Source of the DNA: Holophagales bacterium
GTDB taxonomy: Bacteria > Acidobacteriota > Thermoanaerobaculia > Multivoradales > Multivoraceae
NCBI GenBank assembly: GCA_009837085.1
Contig: VXUF01000054.1
Span: 88,705 to 152,704 of the forward strand
Length of the DNA: 64,000 nt
Direction of reading: 5' to 3'
The position numbers and the translations under genes were made by a program. Numbering within the stretch: position 1 is the stretch's first letter; each line of letters begins with the position of its first letter. A model generated the notes under the pieces. That model was not told where the DNA came from. It saw only the letters and a list, made by a program, of their open reading frames with translations, and ran no database searches. This document shows positions 59,363-64,000 of this stretch, piece by piece.

Positions 59363-60241
59363 TCAGACCCGCTCGATGATCTCCTTGCCGAACAGGCCGT
59401 AGGGCCGGATCATCAGGACCAGGATCAGCACGATGTACGGGACGATGAGCTCCAGGCCCGACGTCGTGTAGCCCGCCGTGTATGACTCCAGCAGCCCGAT
59501 GACGCCGCCGCCGACGATCGCGCCGGGCAGCGAATCGAGGCCGCCGAGGATGACCACGGGGAACACGCGCAGTCCGATGAAGATGATGTCGTGGCTGACG
59601 CCGACCGTGTTCGCCAGCATGATGCCGGCGACCGCGGCGGTGATTGCCGCCATCGCCCAGGCGACGGCGAGGACGCGCTTGATGCTGATGCCCATCGACA
59701 GCGCCGCCTGCTGGTCGTCGGCGATGGCGCGCATCGCGATGCCGTCCCGGGTGTGACGGAAGAAGAGCGTCAGGACCGTCAGAAGGATCGCAGCGATCGC
59801 GATCACGAGCAGACGGTCGATACCGACGATCGCTCCCAGGAACTCGACTTCTCCCGAGGGGATGAAGTTGGGGAAGGCCTTGGGCCGCACCCCCCAGATG
59901 CCGTTCACCACCGCTCGCAGCAGGCTCGAGAGACCGATCGTGACCATGATCATCGAGATCACCGGTTCGCCGATCAGTGGCCGGAGAACGAGACGCTCCA
60001 CGATCAGGCCGATCATGGCCGCGGTGAGCAGCGTCGCCAGCACGCCCAGACTCCAGGGCAACCCGAACTGGGCAATGAAGGCGAAGGCCAGGTAGGCGCC
60101 GAAGAGCAGGAACTCGCCCTGCGCGAAGTTGATCACGTCGCTCGCCTTGAAGATCACGACGAAGCCGACCGCCACCAGGGCGTAGACCATGCCGTTCGAG
60201 AGGCCGGAAACGGTGAGTTGAAGGAAGACGTCGGATCCCAT
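59363..60241 (-). CDS. livH: Branched-chain amino acid ABC transporter permease
   Basis: ATG at 60241 with GAGGAGG upstream. LivH-type permease (about 8 TM). Confidence 0.9.
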   Translation of the reverse strand: MGSDVFLQLTVSGLSNGMVYALVAVGFVVIFKASDVINFAQGEFLLFGAYLAFAFIAQFGLPWSLGVLATLLTAAMIGLIVERLVLRPLIGEPVISMIMVTIGLSSLLRAVVNGIWGVRPKAFPNFIPSGEVEFLGAIVGIDRLLVIAIAAILLTVLTLFFRHTRDGIAMRAIADDQQAALSMGISIKRVLAVAWAMAAITAAVAGIMLANTVGVSHDIIFIGLRVFPVVILGGLDSLPGAIVGGGVIGLLESYTAGYTTSGLELIVPYIVLILVLMIRPYGLFGKEIIERV

Positions 60242-60251
60242 CGTCCCCTCC

Positions 60252-62201
60252 TCAGGCGGTGGCGGGCTGAGCGATGCGCAGCCGGGTCTGCAGGACCGCG
60301 GTCGTGCCGTCCTGGTAGGTGATCTCGTTCTCGATCTCGACCGCCTCGTCGCCGCCGTAGAGCGCATTGACGAGCAGGCGGTACCGATCGGCGATGAACC
60401 GGCGCCGCACCTTCCGCGTACGGGTCAACTCCTCGTCATCCGCGTCCAGTTCCTTGTGCAGCAGCAGCAGACGCTGGATGCGGGCCGACTCCGGCAGATC
60501 ACCGTTGATACCGGCCGTGTGTTCGAGCACCAGCTCGTAGATCTCCGGCTTCTGGGCGAGATCCGTGAACGTCGTGTAGGGGATCTGGCGGCGTTCGGCC
60601 CACTTCCCCGCGTTGGCGAAGTCGATCGTGATCAACGAAGTGACGAACGGGTAGTCGCCGCCGCCGAACACGACCGCCTCCTTGATGTAAGGGCTGAACT
60701 TCAGCTTGTTCTCGATGAACTGCGGCGAAAACTGGGTGCCGTCGTGCAGCTCCATCACGTCCTTCTTGCGATCGATGACGATCAGGTGCCCGTCGTCGTC
60801 CATGTAGCCGGCGTCGCCGGAGTAGAGCCAGCCGTCGCGAAGGGCGTCTTCGGTGGCCTCCTCGTTGTTGTAGTAGCCGAGGAAAACGGACGGACTCCTG
60901 GTCAGGATCTCCCCGCCTTCGCCGAGCCTGACCTCCGCCCCGGGGACCGGCGTACCGACCGTCTGGAACTTGATGTCGTCGTCGCGGTGCGCCACCGAAA
61001 TCCCGGACACCTCGGTCTGGCCGTAGATCTGCTTCAGGTTCACGCCGATGGCGTGGAAGAAGCGGAAGATGTCCGGCCCGAGCGCCGCGCCGCCCGTGTA
61101 GGCGCGCCGGATTCGCCGCACCCCGAGCTTGTCGCGCAACCAGAAGAAGCAGCAGGCGTTCGCGATCCAGTTCTGCACGGCCAGCAGCCTGGGCAGACCG
61201 CCCTCCGCCAGCCGCGTGTCGGCCGCTCTGTAACCGACGCCCAACGCCCAGTTGTAGACCTTGCGCTTGAGCCAGGAGGAATCCTCGATCCGTACCTGGA
61301 CGTCGGACACCATGTTCTCCCAGATGCGGGGCGGCGAGAACATCATGTGCGGTCCGATCTCTCGGATGTCGTGCTGCACCGTCTCCGGCTCTTCCGGGAA
61401 GTTCATGGTGAAACCGACCAGCATGCCGCAGGCCGCGCCGATCATCTGTTCGCCGATCCACGCCAGCGGCAGGAAGGAGACGAACTCGTCGTCGCTCCGC
61501 ATCGGATCGATGCTCTGAAAGCTGTGGGCCATGGTCAGCAGGTTGCGGTGCGAGAGCATCGCCAGCTTCGGCTTGCCGGTGGTACCGGAGGTGGTCGACA
61601 GCAGGGCCACGTCGTCGGCGGTCGTGGCGTCGACCCAGCGTTCGAAGTCGTCGGCCGTGCTGCTCGTGGCGGACCGTCCGATCTTCTCCACCTCGGAGAA
61701 GCCGAGCAGGAACTCGTGCGGGTAGGCACCGAGTCCGCGGGGGTCGTAGTAGATGACGTTCGCGATACCCTGGCCGTCCGCTTCAGCGGCGCCGCTCAAC
61801 TCGTCCCAGACCTCCAGCAGCTTGTCGACCTGCTCCTGGTCCTCGGCAATGACGAAGCGGGCGCCCGCGAACTCGACCAGATATTGCACTTCGCTCGCCA
61901 CCGAGTCCTGGTAGACGCCCAGGGAGCGGGCACCAACCGCCTGGGACGCGAGCTGGGCAATCAGCCACTCGGGTCGGTTGTCCCCCAGCACGGCGACGAT
62001 GTCGTCCCGCTTGAGTCCGAGTTCGACCAGGCCGCGGGCGAAGTTCCTGACCCGCTCGGCGTACTGCGCCCAGGTGAAGCTCTGCCAGATGCCGAACTCC
62101 TTCTCACGGAGCGCCGCTTCGCCGCCTCGCTCGCGGGCATTCCGGAGCAGCAGCTTGGGCATCGTGTCCGCGTCTCGCGGCAGTTCCGCCAGCGCGGTCA
62201 T
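60252..62201 (-). CDS. Long-chain fatty-acid--CoA ligase (AMP-binding enzyme)
   Basis: AMP-binding motif LSTTSGTTGKPK, YGQTE, GWLYSGDAGYMDDDGHLIVIDRKKD. The start at about 62201 overlaps the livG stop. Confidence 0.9.
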   Translation of the reverse strand: MTALAELPRDADTMPKLLLRNARERGGEAALREKEFGIWQSFTWAQYAERVRNFARGLVELGLKRDDIVAVLGDNRPEWLIAQLASQAVGARSLGVYQDSVASEVQYLVEFAGARFVIAEDQEQVDKLLEVWDELSGAAEADGQGIANVIYYDPRGLGAYPHEFLLGFSEVEKIGRSATSSTADDFERWVDATTADDVALLSTTSGTTGKPKLAMLSHRNLLTMAHSFQSIDPMRSDDEFVSFLPLAWIGEQMIGAACGMLVGFTMNFPEEPETVQHDIREIGPHMMFSPPRIWENMVSDVQVRIEDSSWLKRKVYNWALGVGYRAADTRLAEGGLPRLLAVQNWIANACCFFWLRDKLGVRRIRRAYTGGAALGPDIFRFFHAIGVNLKQIYGQTEVSGISVAHRDDDIKFQTVGTPVPGAEVRLGEGGEILTRSPSVFLGYYNNEEATEDALRDGWLYSGDAGYMDDDGHLIVIDRKKDVMELHDGTQFSPQFIENKLKFSPYIKEAVVFGGGDYPFVTSLITIDFANAGKWAERRQIPYTTFTDLAQKPEIYELVLEHTAGINGDLPESARIQRLLLLHKELDADDEELTRTRKVRRRFIADRYRLLVNALYGGDEAVEIENEITYQDGTTAVLQTRLRIAQPATA

Positions 62202-63013
62202 TCGGCGTCCCCCAGATACGCGTGAATCACGGCGGGATCGGCGCGCACCTCGTCCGGCGTGCCGCAGGCGATCGATCGGCCGAAATCGAGCACCGCGACG
62301 CGGTCCGAGAGGTCCATGACGACTCCCATGTCGTGCTCGATCAGGACGGTCGTCACGCCCCACTCCTCGTTCACGTCGAGGACGAAGCGGGCCATGTCCT
62401 CCTTCTCCTCCACGTTCATTCCCGCCATCGGTTCGTCGAGCAGGAGCAGCTTGGGATCGAGCGCCAGCGCGCGGGCGAGCTCCACGCGCTTCTGCAGACC
62501 GTAGGCAAGGGTGCCGACCGCCTGATGGCGCAGGTTCTCGATCTCCAGGAAGTCGATCACGTCCTCCACCGCGGCCCGGTGCCGGATCTCCTCACGGCGC
62601 TGCGGACCCCAGTAGACGCCACAGCTGAGAACGTTGCCGCGCATGTGGATGTGCCGCCCCAGCATCAGGTTCTCCAGCACTGTCATGCCGCGGAAGAGCT
62701 CGATGTTCTGGAACGATCGGGCGATGCCGACCTGGGCCACCTTGTGGGGCGCGCGGCCGACGAGCGAGAGCGGCGCCGCCTCCGGCGCCGGCGTGTAGGT
62801 GATCGAGCCCTGCTGGGGCCGGTACAGGCCGCTGATCGAGTTGAGGAGGGACGTCTTGCCGGCGCCGTTCGGCCCGATGATGGCGAAGACCTCGCCGTGA
62901 CGCACGTCCAGGGCGACATCGTTCAGGGCGTGTACGCCGCCGAACGAAAGCGTGACACCGTTGACCTCGAGACAGGTCGAGGCCAAGGGCTCCTGGGCTT
63001 GGGCTTGGGCCAC
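62198..63013 (-). CDS. livG: Branched-chain amino acid ABC transporter ATP-binding protein
   Basis: Walker A GPNGAGKTS, LAYGLQKRVELARAL, Walker B LLLDEPMAG. Confidence 0.92.
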   Translation of the reverse strand: MAQAQAQEPLASTCLEVNGVTLSFGGVHALNDVALDVRHGEVFAIIGPNGAGKTSLLNSISGLYRPQQGSITYTPAPEAAPLSLVGRAPHKVAQVGIARSFQNIELFRGMTVLENLMLGRHIHMRGNVLSCGVYWGPQRREEIRHRAAVEDVIDFLEIENLRHQAVGTLAYGLQKRVELARALALDPKLLLLDEPMAGMNVEEKEDMARFVLDVNEEWGVTTVLIEHDMGVVMDLSDRVAVLDFGRSIACGTPDEVRADPAVIHAYLGDAE

Positions 63014-63106
63014 GGCTGCGCGATTGTATGCGCCACACCCGTTCCGCCATCTGCAAAGATCGCCGCGCCGTAAGTAGTCGACCGACCGCCAAGCGGAGGA
63101 TCCTCC

Positions 63107-63790
63107 ATGCCGGCCCGACCCGTCCTGGTTTCAGCACCGCCCGAACTCGACCTCGCGCGCCCCGAAGAGGTCGGCCTGAACGCCGCGCAGTTGGCGCGTA
63201 TCGACGATCATCTGAGGCGCCGCTATCTGGAGCCGGAAAAGATCGCGGGCTGCCTCACCCTGGTCGCCCGGGGCGGCAAACCGGCATACCTCTCGGCGCA
63301 GGGTCTGATGGACCGCGAGCGCGGCCGCGCCATGCGGACGGACACGATCTTCCGCATCTACTCGATGACCAAGCCGATCACCTCGGTCGCCCTGCTGCAG
63401 CTCTACGAACAGGGGCACTTCCAGCTCGACGACCCGGTCCAGAAGTTCATCCCCGAGTGGCGCGATCTCAGAGTCTTCGAGAGCGGGAACCACCCGAACT
63501 TCCTCACCCGACCGGTTGATCGCCCGATGACGATCCGCGACCTGTTCACGCACCAGTCGGGGCTGACCTACGGCTTCATGGAACGCACGAACGTCGATGC
63601 CGCGTACCGCGAGCTCGGCGTCGGCGGACCGCATGCCGGCGGCAGCCTGCGGCAGATGATCGTGCAGCTCGCCGGGTTGCCGCTCGAGTTTTCGCCCGGC
63701 GACGCATGGAACTACTCGGTAGCCACAGACGTGCTCGCCTACCTCGTCGATGTCTTCTCCGGCCAGCCGTTCGACGAGTACCTGCAGTAG
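63107..63790 (+). CDS. Serine hydrolase, beta-lactamase family, interrupted by an in-frame TAG at 63788-63790. Homology continues in the same frame to the window end, so this is a possible pseudogene or recoding site.
   Basis: S-x-x-K active site (YSMTKPIT). Downstream of the TAG the same frame reads HITGPLGMVDTGF...FFSGGGGLVSTMHDYYRF, which is conserved in this family. Confidence 0.7.
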   Translation: MPARPVLVSAPPELDLARPEEVGLNAAQLARIDDHLRRRYLEPEKIAGCLTLVARGGKPAYLSAQGLMDRERGRAMRTDTIFRIYSMTKPITSVALLQLYEQGHFQLDDPVQKFIPEWRDLRVFESGNHPNFLTRPVDRPMTIRDLFTHQSGLTYGFMERTNVDAAYRELGVGGPHAGGSLRQMIVQLAGLPLEFSPGDAWNYSVATDVLAYLVDVFSGQPFDEYLQ

Positions 63791-64000
63791 CACATCACAG
63801 GGCCCCTGGGCATGGTCGATACCGGCTTCACGGTGCCGGCGGCCAAGGTCGACCGCTTCGCCGCCAACTACCGGCGCGACCGGAACAAGAGGCTGGTCCT
63901 GCTCGACGATCCCCTGACCAGCCACTACACCGGCGAAGTCAGCTTTTTCTCGGGAGGCGGTGGACTCGTGTCGACGATGCACGACTACTACCGCTTCTGC

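Noticed and set aside
63788-63790. TAG in the beta-lactamase-family gene as pyrrolysine
   Set aside because: No pyl genes are seen and the context (a non-methanogen-like bacterium) makes Pyl unlikely. It is kept as a finding only as a nonsense mutation, an error or a readthrough candidate.

Overview
This is a 64 kb, very GC-rich (about 70%), densely coding stretch of a Gram-negative bacterial chromosome. LPS genes (lpxK, waaA), FG-GAP/ASPIC proteins, cohesin-tailed secretin and many ECF sigma factors suggest an Acidobacteriota- or Gemmatimonadota-like organism, but the phylum is not certain. I can support about 53 protein-coding genes. I found no rRNA, tRNA or CRISPR array. Most long ORFs on the opposite strand of real genes are GC-driven artefacts. 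Many real genes overlap their neighbours by 1 to 4 nt (ATGA, GTGA or TTGA junctions), which points to long translationally coupled operons. The housekeeping content includes polA, acnA, gltA, queE, dut, the rfbBAC dTDP-rhamnose genes, cysQ, tyrA, a liv-type ABC importer with an embedded acyl-CoA ligase, selB and an NtrY/NtrX-like two-component pair. The most unusual feature is a contiguous, start/stop-overlapping 13-gene block at 15.4 to 27.2 kb. It is led by an ECF sigma factor and a zf-HC2 anti-sigma factor. It encodes a hybrid type II secretion / type IV pilus-like machine: GspF, GspE, a PilM-N-O-P alignment module in place of GspC/L/M, a lipoprotein secretin with TPR N-terminus and cohesin-like C-terminus, two GspG pseudopilins and one atypical pseudopilin. 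It has no prepilin peptidase and no PilT. A second ECF sigma/anti-sigma pair heads an operon of two CRTAC1-type secreted proteins plus a TPR protein (43.4 to 52.0 kb), and a fused paralog sits at 7.9 to 11.4 kb. Other observations: an in-frame amber codon in a serine hydrolase at the window end; a family of repeated structured elements sitting exactly between convergent stop codons; a MITE-like inverted-repeat element with tandem repeats at 52.0 to 52.3 kb; selB translationally coupled to a sigma-54 regulator; and queE with no canonical start codon. Start coordinates that I derived myself may be off by 1 to 3 nt.
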